Assembly (NCBI GenBank): GCA_964016885.1
Contig: OZ024741.1
Coordinates: forward strand, 374,914,001-374,978,000
DNA from: Eledone cirrhosa
Lineage: Eukaryota
DNA length: 64,000 nt
Direction: 5' to 3'
Shown here: in pieces, positions 13,846-28,240 of the stretch
Layout of the letters: each line of letters starts with the position of its first letter
Numbering within the stretch: the stretch's first letter is position 1
Notes under the pieces: generated by a model
Told to the model about the DNA's origin: nothing
What the model saw: only the letters and a program-made list of their open reading frames with translations
Database searches by the model: none
Translations under genes and position numbers: made by a program

Positions 13846-14302
13846 CTACCAGTCAAGTACTGAGGTCGATATCATCGATTTTCTTAACCCTACCTACCCA
13901 AATTGATGAAGTTATTTATACATAAGATAAACATGTTTACTGATCAATTATATAGTTGTTTATAGACGTTTAAGTGAGAGATTGCAGTATCTGCTGTCTT
14001 CTGCTTAACATAGATCAAGTTAACTTATTAACGGTAGCGAACAGTAGAGTGGCAGTCTGAATAAACTGGAATATTTGGGGTGTACATATTTTGTTTGGAG
14101 AAATAAACGGAAGTAGGTTGTTAGTTATGGCCGGCTCTTTAAAAGTAATTTCACTTCAAGGAAACGATATAGAGCAGCGGTTCCCAAACTTTTTGCGCCA
14201 CGGACCGGTGTCATGCAATTCTCCACGGACTGAGGAGGTGGGGTCAGTGTCGGTCACTTTGAAGAAATATATTCATGCATTTAATCATGTTATTTGTGTA
14301 TA

Positions 14303-14570
14303 TGAAGGCGCATGGCTAAGTGGTTAGAGCATCGGGCTTGCAATTAAGAGGTTGTGAGTTCGATTCTCTGACCAGGTGACGTGTTGTGTCCTTGAACAAG
14401 GCACTTTATTTCGCGTTACTCCAGTTTACTCAGCTGTAGAAATGAGTTGCGACGTCACTGGTACCTAGCTATATCAGTCATTGCCTTTCCCTTGGACAAC
14501 ATCAGTGGCGTGAAGAGGGGGAGGCTGGTATGCATAGCGACTACTGGACTTCCACAAAACAAACCTTACC
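14303..14570 (+). mobile_element. SINE family B
   Basis: tgaaggcgcatggctaagtggttagagc ... gagttcgattc. Confidence 0.8.
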
Positions 14571-14611
14571 TAAGTATATATATAAGTATATATATATGTA
14601 TATGTATATAT

Positions 14612-14646
<35 letters not shown>

Positions 14647-14765
14647 AGTATTATACCAGTTTTAAATTATCAGAGTACTTAAATCGCAGAGCACTCGATA
14701 CTTGGGACAGTATAGTGTAAATATATAGTTGAGAATCGGGGTCCGACAGCTGAGCTAGCAAATTC

Positions 14766-14815
<50 letters not shown>

Positions 14816-15119
14816 GTGGTCTACCTTTCGTGGTAGGGTCTATACCGTAGTTAAAACTCAATGTTTAGCAAGTAGTTCAACGAGATCCAGAGAATGATTC
14901 CGTGTTTTGCTGAGTCAAACACACGTAACGTATTATCAGGGTTGATCCTTGTAATAGTTGCTACCACCAGGACACGTTAACAGTCAAAGTAGCATATTTG
15001 TTCTTTAGAGTTATTATCTATTGTGTATTACGATAGATATTAACCTGAATAAATATAATACATGTTTTCATGAATGTTACTATTATAACTATTCGTATTT
15101 CTTTGTTTTTTCTTAACAG

Positions 15120-15381
15120 ATATATGCAACATTTGTCTAAAGAAACATATCCCGATCGTTTATACCTAAATTGAAAAGGCTGATGAAAACAGTTGTGAAA
15201 GTCTATTTGATATAAAAAAGTACTCTGTCCAGAAGAATGTTTCTAAATTGTGATACTTCGTTTTGTGAATACTAAATTTATTGGAGCTGAAAACGATTTA
15301 TTTGCTGTCTCAAAATTTGGTTGACACAACTTCTTTTATATAATACCCATCATAAAACTTAAGAATATATAAAATAAAGCA
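15120..15381 (+). other. Probable 5' UTR part of the first coding exon of the K+ channel
   Basis: Polypyrimidine tract and acceptor tttgttttttcttaacag ending at 15119; this implies a further upstream non-coding exon. Confidence 0.5.
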
Positions 15382-15948
15382 ATGACCAAACACAAAGTAC
15401 TAAACGCTCATGTGCTTGCTGCCCTAGCCCCGGGGGCTAAAGTGAATTTCAAGACACTAGAAATAGCTGTTGCACCGGATCCAAACGCAGGAACACTTCT
15501 ATTAAACGTAGGAGGACAAATATTTGAAACATATCCTTCGACCCTCAACAAACACAACAATACAAATCTTTCTAATGAAATGTTTCTTCAGAAGTTTTAT
15601 CGAGAACGCCACAAGGATTACTTTTTCGATCGAGACCCTGTCTGCTTCCGTTCCATTCTGGAATATTTACGGACTGGTCAACTGCATCTACCATCTAATG
15701 TATGTGGACCAGCACTGAAGAAAGAGTTGGATTTCTGGGGTATCAGCGAAAATTTAATAGAAGGTTGCTGCTGGAATATATACGATTCTTGGAATAGTAC
15801 ATACGAGTCTTTAATAAAGTTCGATCGAGATCGAAAAGCTATGTTCACAACAGATGAAATTGATATATCCCAAATGTCATCATTACAACGTTTCAAAAAC
15901 AGTTTGTGGAATATTCTCAGTAACCACAACTATTCTCTTCTTTCAAAG
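15382..15948 (+). CDS. Shaw/Kv3-family voltage-gated K+ channel, coding exon 1 (T1/BTB tetramerisation domain)
   Basis: LNVGGQIFETYPSTL, YFFDRDP..F..IL.Y.RTG.LH and HLPSNVCGP..ELDFWG..IEGCCW (HX5CX20CC Zn site); donor tcaaag|gtttgt at 15948/15949; 189 codons, phase 0. Confidence 0.92.
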
Positions 15949-16676
15949 GTTTGTATGAAATTTATTTCAATATGTTTCTTTTCCTCGGCATCCATTTTAT
16001 CTTCTCTAACTTCAAATTCAGTTGCGATACTTATATCCAAATAAGATGCTTAAGTAAATTAGATAAATTCATTTAGAATCCTCCATCGTTTTCCTTGGAC
16101 ATATATTAATGAAATATTTAATTCCGTGTTGTTCATGGCCGTGTTGTTCATGGCCCAATAGTAACGATAGTAGGTTTTAAACTGAAACAGCAAATCTCAT
16201 GAGGACCGGATTAAGTCCTTTTGAGGCCCCAAGCACTTAAAAGTGGACAAATATTTGTTTTTAAAAATCCATTTAATTTGAATAAAGCGGTTCCCTCTTC
16301 CCTCAATGCCATAAGCATATGACTATTTTGCTTAATGGCTAATCTAGCCTTGCTTATGATAATACTTGCCAAAGTATACACAGGATTTGTTGTGGCTCAA
16401 ATGTTACGATGAAAATGTTGCTATGATATATTATTTTCTCTTTACTTAATCAATTAGGGAAATATTCAAGTAAACTGACACAAAAACTAAATAACTAAAC
16501 AACAACCTCTTAAGATCCCTCAATATAGAAAATAAAATATCCCAATAGTTTTCTAAAATGGTAAATCATCACAATGTTGGCACTGTTTTAGGGTATTCCG
16601 ATTTCGATTAGACAATTCTCAGAAAATAAAGCTAAGTATTTGGCATATACCCTAATAATCCCCCGAAATATATTAA

Positions 16677-16883
16677 CCCTTTTGATATTACCCCGTTCCA
16701 AACTAGCCACAGCTCTATGAAACAAAAGCAACCATTTTCAAGGGTTCCTATTTAAATGAAAACATTCAAACATAATTTTATAAAAGAGCCATCTGTTAAG
16801 TTACTATTTAGTAAATATCTCAAAATTCTTCATTACTTAATTGAAATAGAGTGTATTTCATTAGATATACGACGACAAAAGGG
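16677..16883. mobile_element. piggyBac-like MITE
   Basis: TTAA|ccctttt ... aaaaggg|TTAA termini. Confidence 0.6.
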
Positions 16884-17489
16884 TTAAAAAGACATTAACT
16901 TCAAATCTGAATCGCATTTATCATGCTGGTGATGTTTTAGTGACATTTTAATAGATAGATGGTTTAAGAAAATTTAAGGAAGACTCTTGTCTAGAAATAC
17001 AACAAATTTACGCAAGGATAAGTGCTAATCAATTATTGGTGTAACTTTTTCTTGTTGTTGGTGTTCAGCTCCAGGTTCAGTTCACTTGATTCAATCAAGA
17101 AACTAACTGTTCATGAAATTAACGAGTAAGAGGCTGAGTATTCCACACACATACACACATGATTCAGCGTGAAAGAATGCGGTTACATTGACTAGACCTT
17201 TGATAAAGTCATTCCTATATTGACCATCCTGTCTTTCTGTAAAATCCAAAAGTCTGTTAAATTTCCTTATATTTTTAAGATAGTGCGATATGATCTCAGG
17301 GGGATTTGACCGATATTTCTCAAAGACCGAATGACTGTATACAGGCTCTCTCGTTGACTCTTCATAAAACACATCTATCCACTTTAATACTTCAACTTTA
17401 AGAATCTCCTACCCTAGCGGTTAAAGTAGCTCAACTATAAGATATAATTATTTGTAGAATTATATGCAATGTGTGAGTATTTATTCGCT

Positions 17490-17900
17490 GTACACCAGGT
17501 CCGGACACGGAAGAGCTGAGCTCCCACTGTCGTCGCCTCCATCTCTCTCGCCCTCCCCCATCTCTCTGTATTATGAGCAAATGGGGTTCCACGTGCTGGC
17601 CACCCCACGGCCCCGGTGGACAGAATGGAGAAGGCGTTTCCCCGGAGGATGGTAAGGGAGATAAATACAGTTTAATAGAAAAAGAAAAAAAGAACATTTA
17701 AATTGAGATGAAGGAAGAAATAAGAGAAAAAGAAAAACACCGGAAAGGGGAGGGAATGGCAAGGAGTCTAGTGTCACAGGGAAATGGGGAGGGAATGGCA
17801 AGGAGTCTAGTGTCACAGGGAAATGGGAGAGGGTGATTGGGCTCTGGGCCTAGGGCGCGGTGGTAGAGAGGTTGCGCCCCCGCCGACGAGACCGCAGAAG
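17490..17900. mobile_element. Tx1/L1-associated terminal sequence with an internal direct duplication
   Basis: Matches 6275-6340 and 7650-7710; ggggagggaatggcaaggagtctagtgtcacagggaaat occurs twice at 17747-17828. Confidence 0.55.
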
Positions 17901-18310
17901 TATTCCCTCGTTGTTCTTAACTAAATATTAAAGATAGAATTAATAGGCTTAAAGATACAGTACATTGTCACAGATACAGAGAATTCAAGAAACCTTTCAG
18001 GTTTCATTTTTATAATAAACATTTAAAAACTCTACATTTGTTCTCTTATATTTTTACCTTCCTATTTTACAAGTATCTTCTGCTTCATTGATTTAATTAT
18101 GCTTTTTATGATAATCCCATCCATTACAGATAATTAATTATCAAAATTAGGGTCCCTGTCTTCGATGAATGTTATGTTTATATTATAGGAACGAGCACAC
18201 CACCATCAACTAACTTACCTAAACTGACTCTATTCGGTGGTTTTATCATGTAGTAAATATAGAAAACTATTCGTGAAGAAGATATTCTATATCTTGACAC
18301 TCTAAGATAA

Positions 18311-18383
<73 letters not shown>

Positions 18384-18454
18384 GGAAAAAGAAGTTGAAA
18401 ATACAAGATTGCATTTTCACCCGTGTGGGACATAATAAAAAAACTTACTTTCGA

Positions 18455-18548
<94 letters not shown>

Positions 18549-18549
18549 T

Positions 18550-18714
18550 AGGGTGTGGTAAAAAAAAAGGTGGACCATAACCCACCAGAGTACTCGACAC
18601 TTGGGGTAGTAGAGTGGGTAATATGAAAAAATTCAGGACCCCGACGGGTGAGCTCTGGCCGTTCCGATCTAGCTGTCGAAACGGCCCGAGCTCAGCCGTC
18701 GGGGTCCTGAATAT

Positions 18715-18722
<8 letters not shown>
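18550..18722. mobile_element. Family P palindromic element
   Basis: tcaggaccccgacgg.tgagctc..gccgtt...aaacggc..gagctca.ccgtcggggtcctga within (TA)n. Confidence 0.8.
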
Positions 18723-18754
<32 letters not shown>

Positions 18755-18757
<3 letters not shown>

Positions 18758-19033
18758 AGTTAATATATATTAATATATGATAAACACACACGTGTTTGTA
18801 TTGCAAAAGACGAAGTTAGCTATAATGAAATAAACTAATTAAAATGAATACAATTTGTCTGTCTCGATATAAGTCAATAAAGACAAGCTTATATTGGCAA
18901 AAGCCGTGATTGACTTATATCGAGACAGACAAATTGTATTCATTTTAATTAGTTTATTTCATTATAGCTAACTTCGTCTTTTGCAATACAAACACGTATG
19001 TGTTTATCATATATTAATATATATTAACTTGTA
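18755..19033. repeat. Fold-back inverted repeat (about 123-bp arms, about 30-bp spacer) in the K+ channel intron
   Basis: acaagttaatatatatt...cgatataagtcaat pairs almost perfectly with attgacttatatcg...aatatatattaacttgt. Confidence 0.92.
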
Positions 19034-19097
19034 TTTCACTGCTCAGAAATGCTTCTTTCTTTGAGCTAATTAATTGTAAATGACTCTAAATATAATG

Positions 19098-19145
<48 letters not shown>

Positions 19146-20179
19146 TGATCGTATGATATTGTGCAAAGTGTCTGCAATTCAACCAGTTACTCTGCTACAA
19201 ACGATATGGAAATCTGATTAGAAAAATGCAACAAAGACTTTGGAGAGAAGAAAATTTATTAACAACACTAATATATTGCTAGATAAAAAAAAACAACAAA
19301 AATAACGCTAAGAGAATTATATAAAACAGACTCATAAATAATCAATGAACTAAAGAGTACAACACACACAAATGTAAGAAACATTATAAAACATTAGATT
19401 AATACTTGAAATAGAGATAAAAGCAGAAAATAAAGTAAAGTGAAACAATAAATTAACCGCCTGAATAAGTTATAATTATAATATTCTTAACTGCATGTTA
19501 AATAGGTTAGTAAGATAGGGTGAAAAACTAGAAATATAATATCAACATTCAGAATTTACTGCGCCAAATCTGATATAGAAAGATTATGTATACTACGAAT
19601 ATAAGGTGATAGTGGACTTATGTAACTATAATACAGACCAGTGAGTGAAAATGTACAAAAGTAATGTAAAGGAAATCTTCACGTGTCCTATTGAACAACT
19701 GTGATAAAGCTCCCTTCATCTTAACCATCCATAAAACGCAGCTCTAGAGTTGATAAAACACCACCACCACCACCACCACCAAGAAAAACAACAACATTGA
19801 AATCAGATTTAGAGCCGGTCCTCGATATGGGTATGGGAAGAGACGGAAGTTGTCAAGGGTAGTCATTCCCAGAATCATACAAGTATATGCATGTTCGTTG
19901 CTACTGTCAGGATATCCACCAGACTTTGGTGAGATTCTTTAACGACGTTATAAACCCAACCCTTCTTCAAACGTATTCTTCTTGCTTACATTCTTCCTCT
20001 GTTATACAGTTGCTCCACCACTGATTGGTTGGCAATGTTTCCAATCAGCTACCAACCGAGAAAGACGTTAATTAAGATAGCAGGGAATGAATTTATCATA
20101 TCCTAAAATAATCGCAAGAGCATCTAAGCGAATTATGGCGATCCACATCTCCCACGGACTTATGCTTATTTAAAGTTCT

Positions 20180-20500
20180 GTGAAGTCACGTAGCTTAGTG
20201 GTTAGAGCATTGAGCTCACAACCATAAGGTTGCGAGTTCAAATCCCGGACCGGGCGGTTCATTGTGTTCTTAAGCCAAACACTTTATTTTAAGTTGCTCC
20301 AGTTCACTCAGTTGTAGAAATGGGTTGCGACCTCACTGGTGCCAAGCTGTATCGGTTATTGCCTTTCACTGGGACAACATCAGTAGCGTGCAGTGGGAAG
20401 ACTGGTATGCATGGGCGATTGCTGGTCTTCCACAAACAAACCTTACCCAGGCTTGTGCTGCGAAGGGGAAATTTCCAGGTGCAAACCATGGTCATTCGTT
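20180..20500 (+). mobile_element. SINE family B
   Basis: tagcttagtggttagagc ... gagttcaaatccc; body matches 14303-14570. Confidence 0.8.
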
Positions 20501-21380
20501 ACCGAAGGGGGTTTACGATACGAGGGTTCTTTCATACCACCCTTCCACTGTTGTGCAAAATTGTAACAGACCGATAAGACAGGCTTTAAACTTCAATGTT
20601 GTCAGTACTACCATGTTATCAAACAATTCTATAGAATCTGACACAAAATACATCTGCTTAGAATCCACACGCCTTGATGTCACGTAGCTGTTTTGCCATG
20701 ACTAAAATATACAATTTAAAAAAATCTCTGTTTCTTAGTGCATCTACATTTTATCTCATGATAAATCCTTCTTGGTATGATAGCATAGTCAACATTTCAA
20801 CCAAAAGAATATTGGTTCACATTCCTTTTAGAAATATAATATTCCCATTACACATGAGACATACAACACTATTCCAAACGCGATCAGAAGGTCAAAGTAG
20901 TAAACTCGAAAAACTTTCGGCCAAAATTATGCAAAAATAACAAAACAAAAAAAGTAGTGTGGTTGACTCGGTTCATAAGCCCCTTTAATGCCAAAACATT
21001 CCCAATATATATAAAACGTATACTCATTAACTGAAATATGTCAAAGGAAAACGATTCAGAAATAACAGTGTATATAGAGCATGACAGTTGTCGAAAGATG
21101 AGAACGTCTGCTGCTTTGCTTTTATTTTATCTCCATCAGCAACATGTCCTCCATAAGTTTGTTTGTTTCTGTGTATGTGTGTATGGAGACCTATTTATTT
21201 CTCAATTCCTTTACGTTACTCTCTCTCTCTTTTTCTGGAAGAAATCGGTTGTGTTTATAGCAGGAGAGGGACAAGCTCGGTCAGATTTTAAAATATCCAG
21301 GAAAAGCCATATGTCATTCCGGTGCCCCTACGACACTACCAAGAATTACGAGCACATACATACATACATACATACATACA

Positions 21381-21411
<31 letters not shown>

Positions 21412-21413
21412 GC

Positions 21414-21461
<48 letters not shown>

Positions 21462-21819
21462 TTAAATATATATATATATATATATACACACACAAAAACA
21501 TACGTACAAACAAACAGATACATATATATATACATACAAACATACATGCAAAAATACATACATATATACATACATAGATACAAAAACATACCTATATACA
21601 AACATATATACATACAGAAAGGATATGACTAGTTAGGAAATTACAAGTACAATCCACATGGAACAGTAAAAATATGTAAAACATTCAAAAATTTCTGCAT
21701 CTGATAACTGCATATACACATGTACAGCTACAAAGCATATACACACATATAACTCAAAACATCCACACATACAATGACATCCATACCTGCACACAAATGC
21801 ATGCAGACATACATATCTA

Positions 21820-21901
<82 letters not shown>

Positions 21902-23032
21902 GATACATACAAAAACATTCATACATACATACACGGAGACCTATGTATCTAAACTATAATAAAGTAAGAAGTGCGGGACTGCGTAAGGTTTATAATTTTT
22001 TATCCCCTTAGTAAAATAAGTTGGATTACTTTGAATAAATAATGAATGAATATTACATAATTTATCTACTAAATTTCGTGGTTGTTCATTAAATATATTT
22101 TATTACTTATTTAAAGATTCACTTCTTTAAAATTTTCAAATGTCAACACTTCCGGTTAGCGATCGTTTAAATAAATATTCATATATTTCTGTCACTAATT
22201 TTCTCCTAATGCAGTTTATATATAATATCTTCTTTTTTAATGTATCATGGATTACGTTACTGATTACATAAGACAGTGTAACAGAGTCTTTGTTCAATTT
22301 CTGTGTATATTGTCAATTACGGTTTTATTTGATGTATCATATCTACATGCATATATACTTGCGTATAATATCAATATACACACTACACATGCTAGCAGAA
22401 AACCACTCAAAGGGTGGTTTTTCTGCTAGTATGTATAACTGTAAGAAATATATTATTGAAGTAAATAAATTAAATTATATAATGTAGTGAACGATGTATT
22501 ATTACGTTGCTGTATTACAATTTTGACTACTCTGATATAGTGTTATTTTAAGAGTTCATATTACATAAAACTTGAGCTGAAGTATATCATATTTCCTCTT
22601 GTATTTCTAGCTATTAGACAATATTATTTAAAATTCAAATGGCATAATAATACTAGGTTAATAAGGATAGCGATTGTTTCCACTTTAGGAAGACAATAAC
22701 ATTTTATTAATGTCATCCTGTGGAAAGGTCAAAACCAACATTTTAGTAGCCATTCCTAACTTTAGATCAGCTCTCAGTTGTGGAATGTCACTCGGATGAC
22801 ACCGAAAACTTTCCTTCGTAGCTTCAACAGTAACATTTCAACGAGTTATTATTTTTTACAAAAGAACATTCGAGAACATACAAGAAACTTGAATATTAAC
22901 AAACAAACCAATTTGTGACGGTTTACTTTTTCGTTTTTTTTTCCTTTAAAAAATAAAGTAGGGAAAATTGCAATAAAACAACATTAGACGAACCATACGA
23001 TTAGCAGCCGAAATAGAGAAAAAAAGATAATG

Positions 23033-23084
<52 letters not shown>

Positions 23085-23086
<2 letters not shown>

Positions 23087-23205
23087 GGTGACTTAGTTCG
23101 GATCTAGCTGTGGGTCCTGACTCTTTCCTTATTACACACTCTACTACCCTAAGTATTGAGTACTCTGGTGCGTTATGGTCCACCTGGTATCTTATCACAG
23201 ACTCT
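23085..23205. mobile_element. Family P element (partial)
   Basis: ggatctagctgtgggtcctgactc...ctactaccctaagtattgagtactctggtgcgttatggtccacctggtatctt. Confidence 0.75.
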
Positions 23206-23219
23206 TCGTTTATATATAT

Positions 23220-23288
<69 letters not shown>

Positions 23289-23306
23289 CTGATATTTTAA
23301 TAAATA

Positions 23307-23337
<31 letters not shown>

Positions 23338-23551
23338 ATCTGATATTTTAATAAATATTTGCTCTACGGTTCTTATATATTTGATATATATTTATCCTTA
23401 TCGAGCCCTCTTTGGATTTTAGTCTTCAAATTTATTATTATTACTATATATATATATATTGCGTATATAACTATATCTATATCTATCACACGCACAGACA
23501 CGCGCACACACACATAAACGCGCACCCACGCACACATACACACACACACAC

Positions 23552-23662
<111 letters not shown>

Positions 23663-23682
23663 CACACACACACACACACACG

Positions 23683-23732
<50 letters not shown>

Positions 23733-23917
23733 ATATTGGATAACGGTAAATTTTTGTTTTGTTTTTTGACCAATCTAACTACGCTATATTTTAAATAATT
23801 TATTAAGCGTTTAAACCAACTGTAATTATTCTCCCAGAGTTTTGATTAGTCATATGCTTTGTGGTTAGTGATTTGTCCAGCCCGTTTGTCTGCCAACATA
23901 TCAGGAAAAACATTATA

Positions 23918-24005
23918 CATTTCATATATATTTTGTCTGAAGAGGATATGTTTTGGTTTATGTTATACATAAAACTTTGTATTTCTGAAATATATATAAT
24001 GAAAT
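23918..24005 (+). ncRNA. Putative degenerate type I hammerhead ribozyme with extended stem II (sense strand, in the intron)
   Basis: CTGAAGA at 23937-23943, then GGATATG..tttatg tta tacataaaa..TATTTCT, GAAA at 23987-23990, then TATA; flanks atttcatatata / tatataatgaaat pair imperfectly. Confidence 0.45.
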
Positions 24006-24059
24006 AAATAGAGATGATATAAAGTATATATTTTTCGTTTATTACTATTATTACTTACG

Positions 24060-24445
24060 GTTGTATTGGCAGTATAGGTAGAGGGTCAGACGCCATGCTT
24101 TGCAGCAAAGAGTTACGGCCCTTTATGGTCTGAGTTCAAATCCCGCCGAGGTTAACTTTGCCTTTCATCCCTATGGGGTCGATAAAAAAGTACCAGTAAT
24201 ACACTGGGGTAATTGCTGGCCTTGTGCTAAAAGTAGAAACGATTATTATTATTATTATTGGTGGATTGGCAGTATCGGTAGAGGGTCGGACGCCATGCTT
24301 TGACGTATAGAGTTACGGCCCTTGCCATTCTGATTTCAAATCCCGCCAAGGTTAACTTTGCCTTTCATCCTTACGGGTTCGATAAAATAAAGTACCAGTA
24401 ATGCACTGGGTAATTGCTGGCCTTGTGCATAAAGTAGACACAATT
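24060..24445 (+). mobile_element. Two head-to-tail SINE family A copies
   Basis: ttggcagtat.ggtagagggtc.gacgccatgcttt starts at about 24067 and about 24266; each copy ends in a (tat)n-like tail. Confidence 0.85.
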
Positions 24446-24449
24446 ATTA

Positions 24450-24657
24450 TATATATAGCAACTTTGGTCTGCTAAATTCGCTATTGGAAGATTATTAACC
24501 CATCATTGTTTGGTAATTAGTTCGTAACTTTTAATAACCGGTTCAACTGCTTTATGCACTTAATTGATAAGCTTATTCACTTTCAAGCCACGTTTACCTG
24601 TATGTAACTTTTCATAGCAAATGAACGAACCCGAGCAACGCCGGGCTAAACTGCTAG
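24450..24657 (+). mobile_element. Non-autonomous Helitron (3' end)
   Basis: Hairpin cccgagcaacgccggg followed by ctaaactgCTAG|T. Confidence 0.7.
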
Positions 24658-24788
<131 letters not shown>

Positions 24789-24876
24789 ATAATATTAAAT
24801 TTGAAGACTAAAATCCAAAGAGGGCTCGATAAGGATAAATATATATCAAATATATAAGAACCGTAGAGCAAATATT

Positions 24877-25008
24877 TATTAAAATAACAGATTAAAGTTT
24901 AAGCAAAGAATCGCTGCTTTCACCCTTAACGGGATCTTCTGAAACTAACTCCAGTAGATCCCGTTAAGGGTGAAAGTAGCGATTCTTTGCTTAAACTTTA
25001 ATCTGTTA

Positions 25009-25016
<8 letters not shown>
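24877..25016. repeat. Fold-back inverted repeat within a TA-embedded element (24786-25016); 24786-24893 is also an inverted copy of 23337-23446
   Basis: ttaaaataacagattaaagtttaagcaaagaatcgct.ctttcacccttaacgggatct pairs with agatcccgttaagggtgaaag.agcgattctttgcttaaactttaatctgttattttaa. Confidence 0.88.
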
Positions 25017-25052
<36 letters not shown>

Positions 25053-25107
25053 TAAAAAAATAATGAATAAAACAATGAAACAGTTCCTTATATTAAACAA
25101 AAAAAGT

Positions 25108-25260
25108 TCATTATTTAACGATCGTTTCTAGGATATATATGTGTTAGAATTGGCATGCATATTCAACAGATCTATGTACAAAATTATACAAAATTATACA
25201 AACTATCAAAATTAAATATACATACCAAACACATATATATGCCGTCTTCAGAAATAATGA
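25108..25260 (-). ncRNA. Type I hammerhead ribozyme with a very large stem II insertion
   Basis: Reverse complement: tcattattt-CTGAAGA-cggcATATATATGTGTT..long loop..AACACATATATATccta-GAAAC GATC GTT-aaataatga; perfect 9-bp stem I and palindromic stem III AACGATCGTT. Confidence 0.7.
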
Positions 25261-25859
25261 AATATATTTATTGATAATAACAACAATTCAAAATTTCAGG
25301 TCCGTTTGGGAACAGAGTTCAAATTGACCAATGAAAATACAAAAAATTTTATGCAGTTTGGTGTGTGTATATACATGTAATTAACTTCGTACACTTATTT
25401 ACATAAAGATATATGTTCACATGCATACGCATGCCAAAAGGATGTATGCAAATACAAAAATTCAAGGCTAATGTCTCTGTAAGTTTATAATCCACAGATA
25501 AAATGCGTATAGACACATGAATATGAAATAAATGTATACACACATTCATATACTCATACATATTCGTACACTCACACACACACGCGCGTATATGCATAAA
25601 CATACACATAACTACGAACATACATACACACACACACCCCCACACACATATATATGTGTGCATATAGTATTATCATAAGCATATGGATATTATTGCACGC
25701 ACATAAACACTGCCACACATATTTAGATCAGGATACAGAAATTAGGTGGGAGGGGGGGGGGGAGAGGTCAGTATTCAACGGTTTCGGCAGACTGCCTATT
25801 TATAGATGTATCTATAAACTTAGAAATAAAAAGAAAAGAAAAAGAAAAAAGAAAAAAGA

Positions 25860-25870
25860 AATATATCAAG

Positions 25871-25906
<36 letters not shown>

Positions 25907-26382
25907 CACACATACACACACACACACACACATATATATACATATACATATATATATACACATATATACACACATACATATATATATACACATATATATA
26001 CACATATATACACACACATATATACACACACATATATATATACACATATACATACACACACATATATATATACAAACAAGTAAAATATAAAGTATACATC
26101 GATATACATACATATAGACATATAAATAAATACACACGCATACACACACATACATATACATACATATACATACACATATATATAAACACATACATACACA
26201 TACATATACATACACATACCATATAAATACACATACACATACACAGACGCATACATATAGAGACACATACATATACACATATAAATACATAGACACATAC
26301 ACACATAAACACATATATATATATATATTTTTTTTTACACACATATATACACATACACGCATACATATATATATATATACAC

Positions 26383-26452
<70 letters not shown>

Positions 26453-26509
26453 TCACAACACTCGTATATATATACACACTCATACATATACACACATACA
26501 TATATATAC

Positions 26510-26567
<58 letters not shown>

Positions 26568-26697
26568 AGTCACATCTACATACATATATATATATAAATA
26601 CACTCATATATATACACACATACACATACATACCCACATATAAATATATATATATACATAAATATATATATATATACACACATACACACTTACACGT

Positions 26698-26768
<71 letters not shown>

Positions 26769-26886
26769 TACACATACATACACATATACACACATACATA
26801 TATACTCACACACACACACCTACACATACATACACATACACATATATAAAGATACATATACACACACACACACACACATATAACAA

Positions 26887-26919
<33 letters not shown>

Positions 26920-27234
26920 TATATATATACATACATATATACATACATCCATATATATACATACATATATATACACACATATACATACACACATACACAC
27001 ATACATACATACACACACACATACATACACACACATACATACTCATACATAGACATAGATATATACTCACACACACATACGCACTTACATATACGCATAT
27101 ATACAAATACATACACATCCATATATGCGTATATACATACAAATACCACTACACGCTCACACAACTCAGACATACAAAGAAAAAGGTATATACATATACA
27201 TATATACACATATAAATAGAGATACATATACACA

Positions 27235-27266
<32 letters not shown>

Positions 27267-27364
27267 CCCACACACACGTACAACCATAAACACACATACA
27301 AACACATACATACACACATACATACATATATATACACACACACAAAGACACACATACATATATA

Positions 27365-27450
<86 letters not shown>

Positions 27451-27703
27451 CACATACACACACACATATATAGACATGCACACACATACATACATACATA
27501 CATACACATACACATACATAAAAAAAAAAAAAAAAAAATTAATACACACAGTCAGACAAATATGCACACACATACATATACACATATGTATATATATATA
27601 TACACACACACACATACACACACACACATACATATATATACACACATACATACGCACACACATATATATACATACATATACACACATCAACTACAAATAT
27701 ACA

Positions 27704-27736
<33 letters not shown>

Positions 27737-27786
27737 TATACATATTTTCACATATATATATATACATATATTATATTATAATAATA

Positions 27787-27821
<35 letters not shown>

Positions 27822-28062
27822 TACATATATATACACACACACACACTCACATATATATGCTCACATACGTACACATATACACATACACACATATACACAT
27901 AGACATATACATGTGCATACATGTACATACACACATATACCCACATAGATACAAAGATACACATATATATAGAGAGACATACATATACATACACATATAT
28001 ACACACACATACATACATACATATATATATATACATACACGCACACACACATATATATATAC

Positions 28063-28109
<47 letters not shown>

Positions 28110-28240
28110 CATATATATATATATATATACACAATCATACACCCTTATTTGCATGCGCATATATGTATTTTTATACTTACATATAAACACCCAAACATAT
28201 ATACACCTACCTACATATACATACATACATACACGCTTAC
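25860..28240. repeat. About 2.4-kb cryptic (TA)/(CA)/(TACA) simple-sequence field
   Basis: Almost entirely alternating purine-pyrimidine sequence; source of many artefactual ORFs. Confidence 0.95.

Noticed and set aside
14303-14380. tRNA genes at SINE heads (also 12110-12181, 20180-20250, 31700-31772, 42500-42573)
   Set aside because: They continue into conserved SINE bodies, some with TSDs, and have degenerate cloverleafs.
14810-14945. CTGATAA and GAAAGGTAG motifs on the minus strand upstream of the channel exon
   Set aside because: C3-A8 mismatch and no coherent stem I; not called.
15949-16044. Extension of the T1 ORF to 16044
   Set aside because: Lies past the GT donor at 15949; channel homology resumes at 40200.
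18270-18312. TGAAGA-AGATA ttcta TATCT-TGACA as a hammerhead
   Set aside because: Both core halves are mutated; cannot be supported without a family consensus.
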